DNA of 64,000 nt from Bacteroidota Order II. bacterium (lineage in GTDB: Bacteria; Bacteroidota; Rhodothermia; Rhodothermales; UBA2364), in NCBI GenBank assembly GCA_016788705.1, contig JAEUSQ010000027.1:1572-65571 (forward strand), given 5' to 3'. Position 1 is the stretch's first letter, and each line of letters begins with the position of its first letter. The notes below the pieces were generated by a model, which saw nothing but the letters and a program-made list of their open reading frames with translations, searched no databases and had not been told where the DNA came from. This document shows positions 27,423-37,944 of this stretch, one piece after another. The position numbers and the translations under genes were made by a program.

Positions 27423-29516
27423 CTATACAGGCCTACTATGCCACTCAAAAAACACCCCGTGCGGGTCACGCCTTGCCCTTATTTCCTGCACCCGTTTCAG
27501 GTTTTCGGGCGTCATAAAATGGTCGGTGCGCTTGTGCAGGCCCTCGTCGGCGAGTTGTATGCCCGATGACAGGTGCTGCATTTCCCGCACCATGTTGGCG
27601 GCCCAGAAATTGTATTTTTCCGTGTCCTTGACGCTTTTCCAGCAACTGTACAGGGCGAGGTAAATATTGTCCTCCTTGCTGTACGCCATGTCCACGGTCA
27701 GCGGGTCGGGGTACCAGTTGAGCCAAAGGAAATGCGAGGGCGACGGGGGCAGTGTCTCGGCGATTTTTTTGATATGCGGCAGCAGTTCGTCAATGGAGGC
27801 ATGTGTCCACATATTGTCCACGCCGTAGTGGTAGTTGGCGGGATAGTGGGTCATCGTTGCCCGATAAAAAACCTCAATCCCGGGATTGAAAGCGGGCGTG
27901 GCGATGATGGCTTTTTTCTTGATGGGGCTGTTGTGCATAAATGCCTTGGCCGCCTCAAACTCGTCCTCGTTATCGGCGAAAATGGGCGCAAACGCCTCGA
28001 TGCCCGGCCCCATGATGTTCATCATGTTTTTGTTCATCATCATCTGGAACTCCACGGCCTTGGGGATTTCCGGCCCCACTTCATAGGCCCAGCGATAGAC
28101 ATCTTCCAAGTGCTTGATGGCAAAATCATGCGCAATAAGGGCCCTGTATGGTGGCAATGGGTATAGTTTCAGGTAAAACTTGACCACCACGCCAAAAAAG
28201 CCCGGCCCCGAACCCCTTGCCGCCCAGAACAGGTCGGCGTTTTCCGTTTCGCTGGCGTGGACGAGTTCGCCGTCGGCGGTCACGATGTCCATACCGAGGA
28301 TGCTCTGGCAGGCGATGCCCGTTTTCCGACCGTTCCAGCCGTAGCCGCCTTGCAACAAAAAGCCGCCAATGCACACCCCTGTGCAATGCCCCGCCGGGAA
28401 AAACAGGCCCATCTTGAACAGCGCTTTCAGCAGCACTGAGCCGCCAATGCCGGGGCCTGCCTCGGCAGTCATGGCTTCCTTGTTGACCTTGTATTGGTCA
28501 AAATATTTCATGGAAATCACGATGCAATCGGGGCGGATGGAATTGGCGCTGAAGCTGCGCCCGCCGGAAAGCACCGTCACCCGCTTGCCCACCCTTTTTG
28601 CGTAGCGAACAATGCGGAGGATGTCCTCCACCGTGCGTGGCTCGGTGAGCATGTCGGGGGTGCGGCCCGTGTCCACCTTATTGTACTGGTTGCTGAGGAT
28701 GATTTTTTTGAAATCAGCCTGCGAACGGTGAAAGATGTCGCCGTTGATAACCAATTGATTGTCAGTGTGGTATTGCTGGTAGAGTTGGGGCAAAAACGCT
28801 GCGAGGTGGTTCATCTCCTCGGCACAGTGGCGCAGCAGGTCGGCCCCGAAATTGTCGGGCAGGCTTTTGAATTTCCGAATGATGTCCGTGACCATTTCCG
28901 CCAGTTTACCCTTTTTGCGAACGCTGGCATATTTGCCCCCGATGAAAAAACGGGAGCGCATCTCCGCACCATTTTCCGTGGCCCGCACTTGGTGGACGAG
29001 GTAGCCATAGTCCACGGGCAGGTCGGGGTGGCCGAGCTTGGCGCAGATATAAACGGCCCTGTCGGGGCGGTTAACGGACTCCTTGGAGAAGCCAAACTCC
29101 AGCGGCGACTTGAACTGAATGACCGCATCCAACGGGTCTTTGCCGATGTATTCCTTGATAATGGAATTGCGCCCGATGTAGCAGGCATCGTCCCGGCCAT
29201 CTTCCCATCGGGCGCTGAGGTGTGCGGCAGGGTGCCAAAGCTTGTAGCGGAGGTCCTGCGAGCCGTGCCAGCCGAACCACCAGTCCCACATGGCGGGCGC
29301 GACGCCGGGCATATCGGTCTTCACCGCCACGGCGATGCTGCCGTCTTGGTCAATGGAGTAGCCGTACTCGACTGCAGTGTAACCCGGTTTTTCCAATAAC
29401 GACAAATCGCCGACATCGGGCAAGATGCCCCAGGGCAAAGCGCCAGCATTCAATGCGGCTGCCACTTTTGCGGGCAAGGGAGCCATTTCTTGATTAAAAA
29501 ATGGGGTGTAGTCCAT
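27423..29516 (-). CDS. Fusion protein: N-terminal PhlG/DAPG-hydrolase-like domain (tentative) + FAD-binding PCMH-type oxidase with BBE-like C-terminus
   Basis: N-terminal WDWWFGWHGSQDLRYKLWHPAAH region. FAD_binding_4-like VTVLSGGRSFSANS and GHCTGVCIGGFLLQGGYGWNGR. C-terminal LKRVQEIRARRDPHGVFF. The gene is far more GC-rich than its flanks. Confidence 0.7.
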   Translation of the reverse strand: MDYTPFFNQEMAPLPAKVAAALNAGALPWGILPDVGDLSLLEKPGYTAVEYGYSIDQDGSIAVAVKTDMPGVAPAMWDWWFGWHGSQDLRYKLWHPAAHLSARWEDGRDDACYIGRNSIIKEYIGKDPLDAVIQFKSPLEFGFSKESVNRPDRAVYICAKLGHPDLPVDYGYLVHQVRATENGAEMRSRFFIGGKYASVRKKGKLAEMVTDIIRKFKSLPDNFGADLLRHCAEEMNHLAAFLPQLYQQYHTDNQLVINGDIFHRSQADFKKIILSNQYNKVDTGRTPDMLTEPRTVEDILRIVRYAKRVGKRVTVLSGGRSFSANSIRPDCIVISMKYFDQYKVNKEAMTAEAGPGIGGSVLLKALFKMGLFFPAGHCTGVCIGGFLLQGGYGWNGRKTGIACQSILGMDIVTADGELVHASETENADLFWAARGSGPGFFGVVVKFYLKLYPLPPYRALIAHDFAIKHLEDVYRWAYEVGPEIPKAVEFQMMMNKNMMNIMGPGIEAFAPIFADNEDEFEAAKAFMHNSPIKKKAIIATPAFNPGIEVFYRATMTHYPANYHYGVDNMWTHASIDELLPHIKKIAETLPPSPSHFLWLNWYPDPLTVDMAYSKEDNIYLALYSCWKSVKDTEKYNFWAANMVREMQHLSSGIQLADEGLHKRTDHFMTPENLKRVQEIRARRDPHGVFFEWHSRPV

Positions 29517-29744
29517 GTTCTGATATTGTTGCTTTACCGAAAAAAGATTCGTCTAAATTCCTTAAGTTTGTAAATAATCCCAAGTTATCATTTTACAAGT
29601 ACATAGACAAAATTAATTTCTGTTACAACATAAGGTTGCGGGTATTACCAAAAAGAGAAAGGTCTTATGTTGTGAAGAAATCGCAATTGACATAATCATA
29701 AAACCTTCTCCCCAATATACTTACAAGATAAAGAAAGTTTTGTG

Positions 29745-30513
29745 GTAAATCTATATGTTGAAGTAGATGATTTATTACAAATTTACCAAACATAATTACA
29801 ACAACATTGTTTGCCTATTATGTTAAATCCGGCTTCTAACAAATCAAGCAAAACCTTAAAGGGATCTGAAATGGCAACCATTTTGGTCTTCGACCACTAT
29901 TCAGGATATAAGAATTTCACGTATTATTACGACGATTTTATTCGGGCAGAAGGTAAACAATACTTTCCTAAAGCACCACAATACCATATTTTTTTACTTT
30001 ACATTTTTGGGTATCTCCGCTTTTACTCTTGTGGCTGATGTGGACTTGTAGCAAAAGTATCCGCACAGGAAATTATTTCATTGATTCAAAAAAACTACCT
30101 TTATGCCGCCTAAAACGCAAAGATCAGCATCAAGTATTTAAAAATTTAGCTCAAAAAGGCAAATCGTCTATGGGGTAGTTCTTTGGCTTCAAACTTCATG
30201 ATATCAGACCATATTATTTTCTACGTTTTACGATCCAGGGTTGCATCTACTGGTAAAACCTCGTAAAAACATGAAGAAGTCAAAAGTGCTTGTGGCACTC
30301 AATAACGTTACCTTAATGAAAAAGCGCGGGGTAATCGAGTCGGTGAATGACATTTTAACTTCGGTATTTGATTTAGAGCATACTCGTCATCGTAAAGTAG
30401 AGAATAGTTTTGCTCATATGGTGTGCACCTTAATTGCATACCAAAGCGGATTTAGAGCATCAAATTTGCCTTGTCACTTTTTATTCATTCATGTAATCCT
30501 GTTCGCACTTTGA
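29745..30513 (+). pseudogene. IS982-family transposase relic (multiple frameshifts and stops)
   Basis: Pieces lie in different frames: LYVEVDDLLQ, ATILVFDHYSGYKNFTYYY, TGIYFIDSKKLPLC...KGKSSMG*FFGFKLH, and RGVIESVNDILTSVFDLEHTRHRKVENSF...LIAYQ. The order matches IS982 transposases. Confidence 0.7.
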
Positions 30514-30545
30514 CATTCATCAAAGCAAGGTAGAATAAACCCCGT

Positions 30546-31658
30546 TTATTTATTCGCCACCTGAGCCAACCGCTCTACAAATCGGCTTCGGTTCACAAGC
30601 CATGCAGCATCTACATGCGGACGCAAACCAGCGTCTTTGTTTTCAGCAAACCAATCTAATGACAACCTGGGTGCATGAATACCCTGGCCAATTTGTTCGA
30701 TAAAATAGGCATTCATCGCCTGCTCATATTGGCCCGCAACCGCCGTTGCAATAAAAGGTTTTTTCAAAAACATCGCTTCGCAAGTGGTCTGAAAACCCGC
30801 CGTCCCTGCAAGCCCTCTACAACGGTTTAAGTAGTCTAAAAATAACTGAGCATCCACCTGATGAAAGGTAAAGTTCGGATGGGGTTGGTACACGGGCGGT
30901 ACTTTGGGGTTGTCCCAAAAACAATGTACCTTAATATCTGGATGCTGCCGATGCCACTCTAACAAGTCTTGTGCGTATCCATTATTAATTACATATGACA
31001 GCACAAAGTCTTCTGTGGCCGTTTTTGTCAGAGTTTGTACATCTTCTCGCAATAACGGAGGCATAACCACAAGGCGCTTTCGGCGAATGTCCGCCAGTGG
31101 GACCGGAGAAAGACACCATTTCTCTTGATTCCACCAACTGGAGGCCCAAACCAATAAACGCATCCCCAACCAATCTTTTAGCATTCCCTTGGGCTTCGGA
31201 TAATCGGGATGATGCAAAAGGAACTGATTGGCAATACCGATAATGGGAAATTTTGGCCGAAACCGGACGGCATAGAAGCTGGTCATCAGGTCAAAAAAAT
31301 TGAATACCAGATCTGGCTTTAGGTCTTCCAATGTGTCATGAATCTGTCGGAGACTTTTTAAATATGTTCGGGCATTCCAAACCCCATCGAAAATGGTAGC
31401 CATCACCCGAATCGCTTTATCCGCCTCATCGGTGATAAAATTGGGACTCTCGAAATGATGTAAACGACCCTCAAAAGCAGTTTCAAAAAAAACTGGCAAC
31501 TTTCGTCGGTGAGAGCGGCCAATCAATACGCCCACAACTTGATGTCCGGCAGTTTTGAATATGTTCTGAAGTGCAATTGCCTGAACCATGTGGCCACGGC
31601 CTTCACCTTGGACGATAAAGGCAATCCGAAGAGGTGGTGTAGCGGGGTATGTCGTCAA
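30546..31658 (-). CDS. Glycosyltransferase, MurG/GT1-like (TIGR00661-type)
   Basis: N-terminal GEGRGH loop. C-terminal GTAGFQTTCEAMFLKKP...GQYEQAMNA nucleotide-sugar binding pattern. Confidence 0.6.
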   Translation of the reverse strand: MTTYPATPPLRIAFIVQGEGRGHMVQAIALQNIFKTAGHQVVGVLIGRSHRRKLPVFFETAFEGRLHHFESPNFITDEADKAIRVMATIFDGVWNARTYLKSLRQIHDTLEDLKPDLVFNFFDLMTSFYAVRFRPKFPIIGIANQFLLHHPDYPKPKGMLKDWLGMRLLVWASSWWNQEKWCLSPVPLADIRRKRLVVMPPLLREDVQTLTKTATEDFVLSYVINNGYAQDLLEWHRQHPDIKVHCFWDNPKVPPVYQPHPNFTFHQVDAQLFLDYLNRCRGLAGTAGFQTTCEAMFLKKPFIATAVAGQYEQAMNAYFIEQIGQGIHAPRLSLDWFAENKDAGLRPHVDAAWLVNRSRFVERLAQVANK

Positions 31659-31906
31659 GGATGCGGGGATTTAGCATCTAAAAGGGGTGCTGAAAATATA
31701 CCAAACAATTTTAAGAGAAACTGCACGTCCTTGTTTCGGCCAGATGAAGGAAAGATCACGAAATTGTAACGTATGCTTTTTCTGGACTTCTTTGCAGTGC
31801 CGGGGCTACTTTTCGGCCAAATCTTTCCCTATTTATTTTAGACCACCGAGGCGTTTGCAAGCACCAGAAACCGTAGGACTTGGCAGGATAAACCATGACC
31901 TGATGT

Positions 31907-32530
31907 TTAGACATTGGTGGCCACAAGTTGCTCTACGTGTGCAAGCAGCATGGAAATTCCTGCTTCGTTGTGACCGCCACGGGTAATAATGATGTCTGCA
32001 AAGCGTTTGGAAGGTTCTACAAATTCCATATACATAGGCTGCACGCTCTTTTCGTACTGTGTTAAAATAGATTCGATAGAACGCCCACGCTCATGTATGT
32101 CCCGGCGAATCCGACGAATAAGGCGAATATCAGGGTCAGCATCTACAAACACCCGCAAATCCATGCGTTTACGTAATGCTGGCTCTGCAAAAATTAGGAT
32201 CCCTTCCACAATAATAACAGGCTTGGGCGTAATTCTCTCTACTTTGTCGGCACGGCTATGATTGCTGAAGTCATAGGTTGGCTTTTCGACGGCAAACCCC
32301 TTCAGAAGCGAATCCACATGTCGGACCATTAACTCGGTTTCTAATGAGTCTGGGTGATCGAAGTTTACTTTTGTGCGTTCTTCATGAGGTAGATGGCTCA
32401 GGTCCCGATAGTAGGAATCGTGGTCTAAAACAGCAATATCTGGCGAGAACTTCTCCATAACGCGGCGTTGTACGGTTGTTTTACCAGAACCACTACCACC
32501 TGCGATGCCAATAATAACGGGCTTCTTCAT
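31907..32530 (-). CDS. udk: Uridine kinase
   Basis: P-loop IGIAGGSGSGKTT, DHDSYY, FDHPDS and IIVEGIL motifs. Confidence 0.93.
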   Translation of the reverse strand: MKKPVIIGIAGGSGSGKTTVQRRVMEKFSPDIAVLDHDSYYRDLSHLPHEERTKVNFDHPDSLETELMVRHVDSLLKGFAVEKPTYDFSNHSRADKVERITPKPVIIVEGILIFAEPALRKRMDLRVFVDADPDIRLIRRIRRDIHERGRSIESILTQYEKSVQPMYMEFVEPSKRFADIIITRGGHNEAGISMLLAHVEQLVATNV

Positions 32531-32552
32531 CTCGAATCGCGTTTACACGGGG

Positions 32553-33344
32553 TTATTTTACAAAAACGAGGGTTATTCTTTTTCCATCGGAACTGGTTTG
32601 TGTGGCATCGGCATCCATCTGAAAACCAGCTTCAGGTATCCAATATCGGAGGTCGGTCGGTACTGTGAGCCGATGTATGGCAAGGTAACGGATTAATTCT
32701 CCGCGCAACGGCTTTACTCCATGCGAAACGGTTTTTCGACGGCCATTTTTTTCTTCCAAAAAAGCAACCTGTACCCGGTAGCGATACCCCCCACTGTCTG
32801 TCCAAGCCGCCGCATGGGCCGTAGGAAGCAAATCCCAAACCGTCTTATCTGCCATTTCGGCCTGTAGGACGGGTTGTAAAAACGGCTTCCAAAAATCAGA
32901 GACCCGCCCATACGTACCCAAAATTGCGTCCATCTTGAGTTTGTACATGGGGATCAAATCATCTATTCGTAAAAGACCAAATAATCCCGAAAATACAAGG
33001 GTGTGTTCTAATAACTGCGTTTGTACCTCTGGTGGAAGCGTGGCAAAATCTAACGACCGATACATAATGCCAGGAGCATACCGATCTAATGCTGGAAGGA
33101 CTCGGCCATGTGCAAGTTGTTCATTGGCCACGATGGCGTCTATGAGGTTTTTACCTCGAACGCCAAAAAGTTTATCCAGTGCAACACCACTTTTTTGAAC
33201 GGTTAACAGCCGATCATACAACGCTTCACGTGCCGGGCGCAAACAGGAAAACCCACCCTCAAAGGGATGTGGATGCCCATTTGGCTCCAAACCACCGGAT
33301 GCTTTCCCCTCTGCTGGAGGAATCAATACACAAAAACCAGGCAT
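32553..33344 (-). CDS. yaaA: YaaA-family (DUF328/UPF0246) peroxide-stress protein
   Basis: N-terminal LIPPAEGK. Central LVFSGLFGLLRIDDLIPMYKLKMD matches the YaaA pattern. Confidence 0.7.
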   Translation of the reverse strand: MPGFCVLIPPAEGKASGGLEPNGHPHPFEGGFSCLRPAREALYDRLLTVQKSGVALDKLFGVRGKNLIDAIVANEQLAHGRVLPALDRYAPGIMYRSLDFATLPPEVQTQLLEHTLVFSGLFGLLRIDDLIPMYKLKMDAILGTYGRVSDFWKPFLQPVLQAEMADKTVWDLLPTAHAAAWTDSGGYRYRVQVAFLEEKNGRRKTVSHGVKPLRGELIRYLAIHRLTVPTDLRYWIPEAGFQMDADATQTSSDGKRITLVFVK

Positions 33345-33345
33345 T

Positions 33346-33672
33346 TTAGTTCAAGGTCGCGTCCTTCACCGCATTCTTGGCCATGCGTGCGGAGTTCATC
33401 ACCTCGTCCATCTCGGCCAATAGCTGTTGGGCCTCGGTGGTTGTCACCTCCACTACTTCTTGTGCATCGCGGCGGGCGACACTCTCCATGTCCTCTTCTT
33501 CTTTGACTGCTTCCAGCAAGGCACTAATTTGTTGGGCGCCTTGCTTTACGCGATACGCCACTTTGCGGCGCAATTTCTCACCTTGTTCTGGCGCAATCAG
33601 CAGCCCAACGGCCAATCCTAATGCGCCTCCGACAAGAAAGCCCAAAAGCCCATTGCTTCGCTCTTTCGACAT
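33346..33672 (-). CDS. YtxH-domain protein
   Basis: The start MSKERSNGLLGFLVGGALGLAVGLLIAPEQGEKLRRK is the YtxH signature. The start was trimmed to the Met at 33672. Confidence 0.75.
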   Translation of the reverse strand: MSKERSNGLLGFLVGGALGLAVGLLIAPEQGEKLRRKVAYRVKQGAQQISALLEAVKEEEDMESVARRDAQEVVEVTTTEAQQLLAEMDEVMNSARMAKNAVKDATLN

Positions 33673-33828
33673 AGCTTTATAGATTAAAAGGTGTTTGGTA
33701 CAAAAGTCACTATTTTGAGTCAAAACGCTTTGAAAAACGGATTGATCCACTCCTCTGCCCAATATAAAAAGAAAAAACTGCGAGGCGCCTCACAGTTTTT
33801 TGGATCTTATTGCGAACACGGAGAACCG

Positions 33829-33918
33829 TTACTTCTTCTTATGACGGTTCTTGCGAAGACGCTTTTTCCGTTTGTGCGTCGCAATTTTATGGCGCTTCCG
33901 TTTCTTACCGCATGGCAT
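33829..33918 (-). CDS. 29-aa Lys/Arg-rich micro-protein, bS22 / AURKAIP1-COX24-like small ribosomal protein candidate
   Basis: My own translation gives MPCGKKRKRHKIATHKRKKRLRKNRHKKK*. It is below the ORF-track length cutoff and sits in an otherwise empty 450-bp gap. Confidence 0.6.
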   Translation of the reverse strand: MPCGKKRKRHKIATHKRKKRLRKNRHKKK

Positions 33919-34127
33919 GAGTCGGTCTCCTATGTTTAACGTGGAATAATCAGTTGCTGTTTTGAACTTTTTAAAATAATACATTTTCTCCATTCAAACA
34001 AACACAAACATACGGTTCATAAAAGTCTAACGGAACGCTTGACCGGTTCTACAATTGGTGTAGTTGTACCCTACAGAAAATCACCTTAGTTTAGAGCATC
34101 AGGAACCCCTATCCTTCGGAGTGGCAA

Positions 34128-35543
34128 ATGGAATCTATCAGCGTTTTCGATATCTTTAAGATTGGCGTCGGGCCTTCCAGCTCCCATACCATGGGTCCTT
34201 GGCGGGCGGCACAGCAATTCACCCAAGCATGTAAGAAAAGAGGTTTTTTTTACCATACCAAACGGTTACAATGCCTGCTCTATGGCTCATTGGCCAAAAC
34301 GGGTATCGGACACGGAACGGATTTAGCGGTTGTCTTAGGGTTGTGTGGCGAGGATCCAGAAACCTGCAATACGTCCGACATATTGGCCCGTTTTAGGAAC
34401 CTTAAAAACGGCGCTTCCTTGGTCTGGGATGGCGAGTACACGTTACCGTTTGCGTATAACGACGATGTGGTTTTTCGGAAATCAGAGACGCTGCCGTTTC
34501 ATCCGAATGGCCTCTCGTTCATTGCTTGGTTGGAAAACGGAGAGACTTTCGAGGAAACCTACTATTCCGTAGGAGGTGGTTTTGTGGTTCAGGAAGGCCA
34601 AGCAGATGCCGCACATTTTGTGGCACTGCCCCATCCCATCGAACGTGCAGACGAATTACGGGCCTATTGCCAAAATATGAGACGAACTATCCCAGAGGTG
34701 GTTTGGGAAAACGAAAAAACGTGGCGCACCACCTCCGAAATCCAAGCAGGTTTGGATAGAATTTGGGAAACCATGAAAGCCTGTATTTTTAAAGGTTGTT
34801 ATGCGGATGGCATTTTGCCGGGCGGGCTTTCGGTGAGCCGGAGAGCGGCAAAACTTAACCAAAAACTTCTCGGAGACCGTTCTTTTGAATCGCCAGAACG
34901 ATGGATGGATGCCATTTGCCGACAGGTAAAGTCCTTTCAAAGTACCCTAAAATGGGTTTCTTGTTTTGCTTTGGCCGTGAATGAGGAAAATGCCTCCTTC
35001 GGACGCGTGGTAACGGCACCTACCAACGGAGCAGCAGGAGTGATTCCGGCGGTTTTAATGTATTATACTTGCTTCTGTGATGCCACCGATGGAGGCCGAA
35101 CCCGTTTTCTCTTAACAGCGGGTGAGATTGGCAGTTTGTTCAAAAAAGGTGCTACGATCTCGGCAGCAATGGGAGGCTGTCAGGCAGAAATCGGGGTTTC
35201 CTCGGCAATGGCGGCGGCTGGCTTGACGGAAGCACTGGGTGGCTCCCCAGAGCAGGTGCTGATGGCTGCCGAAATTGCCATGGAACATCATCTGGGGCTG
35301 ACATGCGACCCCATTGGAGGTTTGGTGCAAATTCCATGTATCGAACGGAACACAATGGGGGCAATCAAAGCCATTACAGCAGCCAATATCGCCTTAGAGA
35401 GCGATCCAGCACAAGCCAAAGTAAGTTTGGATGATGTGATCCACTCTATGTGGGAAACGGCCTTGGACATGAACACCAAGTACAAAGAAACCTCGGAAGG
35501 CGGCTTGGCCATCCGAATTCCCGTGAGCGTGATTGAGTGCTGA
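34128..35543 (+). CDS. sdaA: L-serine ammonia-lyase (iron-sulfur, single-chain)
   Basis: [19 protein letters not shown] start. The beta+alpha domain order and 471-aa length fit. Confidence 0.93.
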   Translation: MESISVFDIFKIGVGPSSSHTMGPWRAAQQFTQACKKRGFFYHTKRLQCLLYGSLAKTGIGHGTDLAVVLGLCGEDPETCNTSDILARFRNLKNGASLVWDGEYTLPFAYNDDVVFRKSETLPFHPNGLSFIAWLENGETFEETYYSVGGGFVVQEGQADAAHFVALPHPIERADELRAYCQNMRRTIPEVVWENEKTWRTTSEIQAGLDRIWETMKACIFKGCYADGILPGGLSVSRRAAKLNQKLLGDRSFESPERWMDAICRQVKSFQSTLKWVSCFALAVNEENASFGRVVTAPTNGAAGVIPAVLMYYTCFCDATDGGRTRFLLTAGEIGSLFKKGATISAAMGGCQAEIGVSSAMAAAGLTEALGGSPEQVLMAAEIAMEHHLGLTCDPIGGLVQIPCIERNTMGAIKAITAANIALESDPAQAKVSLDDVIHSMWETALDMNTKYKETSEGGLAIRIPVSVIEC

Positions 35544-36134
35544 TCCATACAAGGATTTTAAATATAAAAACACTTGTTTAATTATAAGAAATTATTTTTT
35601 AAAACCTTTAGCAATCGCTCCTGACGGTCCCAGAATGCTGTTATTTCGCCATGAGCGGTTTTGACTTTAGAACAGACAAGCAAGGAAGCGCAACAAGCTG
35701 AAGCGCAGATAATAAAACAGACACTTTAGACTTTACACCATGCTCCCCCTCCGAAGACATACAAATCTGCACCCCATCTACACCTTCCACAAATTATTTC
35801 CCATAGAACCACATAACATATTTCATTTTCCTTCTATGGGTTTATCCCCTGTTTCACATTTTTGAACACTTTCCCAAAATATTTACCTCCTGAAAAAGTT
35901 GCACCCTTACTTTAGAAAGTTTTATATTGTAATGGCTAAATATGGTTAAACTTCCACTCGCTGATAAGGAAAGGTGTGTATTGTAAAATGATGTTGCGTT
36001 ACACCTACATAATCAGGGAAACAGAATATCGAGAAACCCTTCCAAGTTTTTTTCACTAAAAAATACAGCGAAAAGGATAAGACAACTAAGTTAATTGTTA
36101 TGTTTGAAAACAAACCATTTAAACAGCAAAACAG

Positions 36135-37814
36135 ATGAAAAAATCTATTATAGTTCTATTTTTAAATTCAATATTCGGACAAATTTTTGCCCAACCTACC
36201 AATCAAGATTATTTAATACAGGGTGATATGTATTACAATGATGGCAACTATGATATGGCAATTAATTCTTATGTAGTACATAAACTATCAAATTCAGAGG
36301 ACAAAATTGTAAACATTAATATTGGACTATGTTACTTAAGAAAGATTCAAAAAGAAACACCTTTAACTTCTATTATTGGCATTCCTGCATTGACAACCAA
36401 TGCCGAAAAAGCAATATCTTATTTCAAATATTACCTTGAGTCGCAGCCACCAATTTCTATAAGTTCAGATAAAAATGTATATACTACTTACAAACTAATA
36501 GCAGAAACTTACGCAACAATGCTCAACTGGGAAAAAACATTAGAATATGCAAGTATTATGTACAATATCAATCCGAATTATAAATTCACCAATGACTATG
36601 GCGTTAAGGAATTTTACAACGATGCAAATAATGCACTAGCAAATTGGTACTGCGACCAAGCCTATTTATACTCTGAAAAAGAAAATGAAATAGAAGTAAA
36701 AAAACATTACGACAAAGCATTACAGTACTTTAAAGAACCGCTAAGTGAACATTCCCTTTTTTATAGAGGCTTTGCTAACTCAAAGTTAGGTAATTCAGAT
36801 AAAGCTAAAATTGATTTGGGAAATGTTATCAAATTATATCCCAATAGTTCTTATGCTTTACTTGCTAAACAGGAATTAGAAACAATAAATATCAATGCTG
36901 CATTACAATCTGATCCTTTAAATAATAATTTATTAACCTTTGAAAGGCCATCTTACAAAGGTGAAATTCTTTACTATAGCGGCGAGATAAAAAATGGAAA
37001 AGCAAATGGTAAAGGTGAGGCGACAACAAGTTTTAACCATTTCTACAAAGGTGACTTTAAAGACAATGAATATCACGGAAAAGGCTTGCATAAATGGACT
37101 AATGGAGATACTTATGAAGGATATTGGCTAAATGGACAAAGGACTGGAAAAGGTGTTTACAAATGGGCAAATAATACGGCCTTAATCTATGAAGGGGATT
37201 TTGTAAATGGACAAAGGACTGGAAAAGGAAAAATGAAGTGGACAACTGGTGAAATGTATGACGGAGAGTGGTTAAATGACAAGCAAACAAAAGGGTTCGG
37301 GGTTTATAAATATGGCAATGACACTTATACTGGCGACTTATTAAATAATAACCGACACGGAAAAGGGACTTATAAATGGGCCAATGGTGATATTTATATT
37401 GGTGATTGGCAAAATGGCTATAGAACAGGTTATGGGAAATACACTTACATGAATGGAAAAATTGAGGAAGGATATTTTGAAAATAATATACTTAAAACAG
37501 TAACAAATACAACACAAAACACTACTTCTGCGTTTTCATTTAATGAAGACACAGAAGTAGAAAAAGCTAAACTAGCAACGAAAGAAAAAAGGTATAATAA
37601 TGCTATTGAAACGTACACTTTTTTAATTCAAAAAACGGGTCAAGCATATTTGTATTTTGAAAGGGGGAAAATATATTCGACCACAAAAGAGTATCAAAAA
37701 GCAAAAAATGATTTTCATTCTGCAATCAATATCTGGAGTACAATACAAACAGAAAAATACAGCTGGCTTAAAGAAGATGCCCAACAAGAATTAAGAAAAA
37801 TTGAAAACAAATAA
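36135..37814 (+). CDS. Secreted TPR - MORN-repeat - TPR protein
   Basis: Signal peptide. About 7 MORN units of the Y-x-G-(D/E)-x(5-6)-G-x-G type (e.g. YEGYWLNGQRTGKGVYKW) flanked by TPR-like helices. AT-rich gene. Confidence 0.8.
   Translation: MKKSIIVLFLNSIFGQIFAQPTNQDYLIQGDMYYNDGNYDMAINSYVVHKLSNSEDKIVNINIGLCYLRKIQKETPLTSIIGIPALTTNAEKAISYFKYYLESQPPISISSDKNVYTTYKLIAETYATMLNWEKTLEYASIMYNINPNYKFTNDYGVKEFYNDANNALANWYCDQAYLYSEKENEIEVKKHYDKALQYFKEPLSEHSLFYRGFANSKLGNSDKAKIDLGNVIKLYPNSSYALLAKQELETININAALQSDPLNNNLLTFERPSYKGEILYYSGEIKNGKANGKGEATTSFNHFYKGDFKDNEYHGKGLHKWTNGDTYEGYWLNGQRTGKGVYKWANNTALIYEGDFVNGQRTGKGKMKWTTGEMYDGEWLNDKQTKGFGVYKYGNDTYTGDLLNNNRHGKGTYKWANGDIYIGDWQNGYRTGYGKYTYMNGKIEEGYFENNILKTVTNTTQNTTSAFSFNEDTEVEKAKLATKEKRYNNAIETYTFLIQKTGQAYLYFERGKIYSTTKEYQKAKNDFHSAINIWSTIQTEKYSWLKEDAQQELRKIENK
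36954..37484 (+). repeat. MORN repeat array (coding, about 7 units of ~23 aa)
   Basis: Recurrent YxGxxxxGxxxGxG spacing across residues ~274-450. Confidence 0.7.
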
Positions 37815-37944
37815 AAACAGCAAGTAATATCAGTTTACTTAGCTAATTACTTCGGTCGTGTGGCAAAATGGCGGGTTCAGTGCTAAACAGTGTTTTTTTA
37901 ATTGAACTTAAATTCGTCTTTATAAACAATAAGACCTCATCAAT

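Noticed and set aside
27466-29497. Many overlapping ORFs in all frames, up to 301 aa (28494-29399 +), within the GC-rich oxidase gene.
   Set aside because: Long spurious ORFs are expected where GC3 is very high. Only the 697-aa minus-strand frame has recognisable FAD-oxidase motifs.
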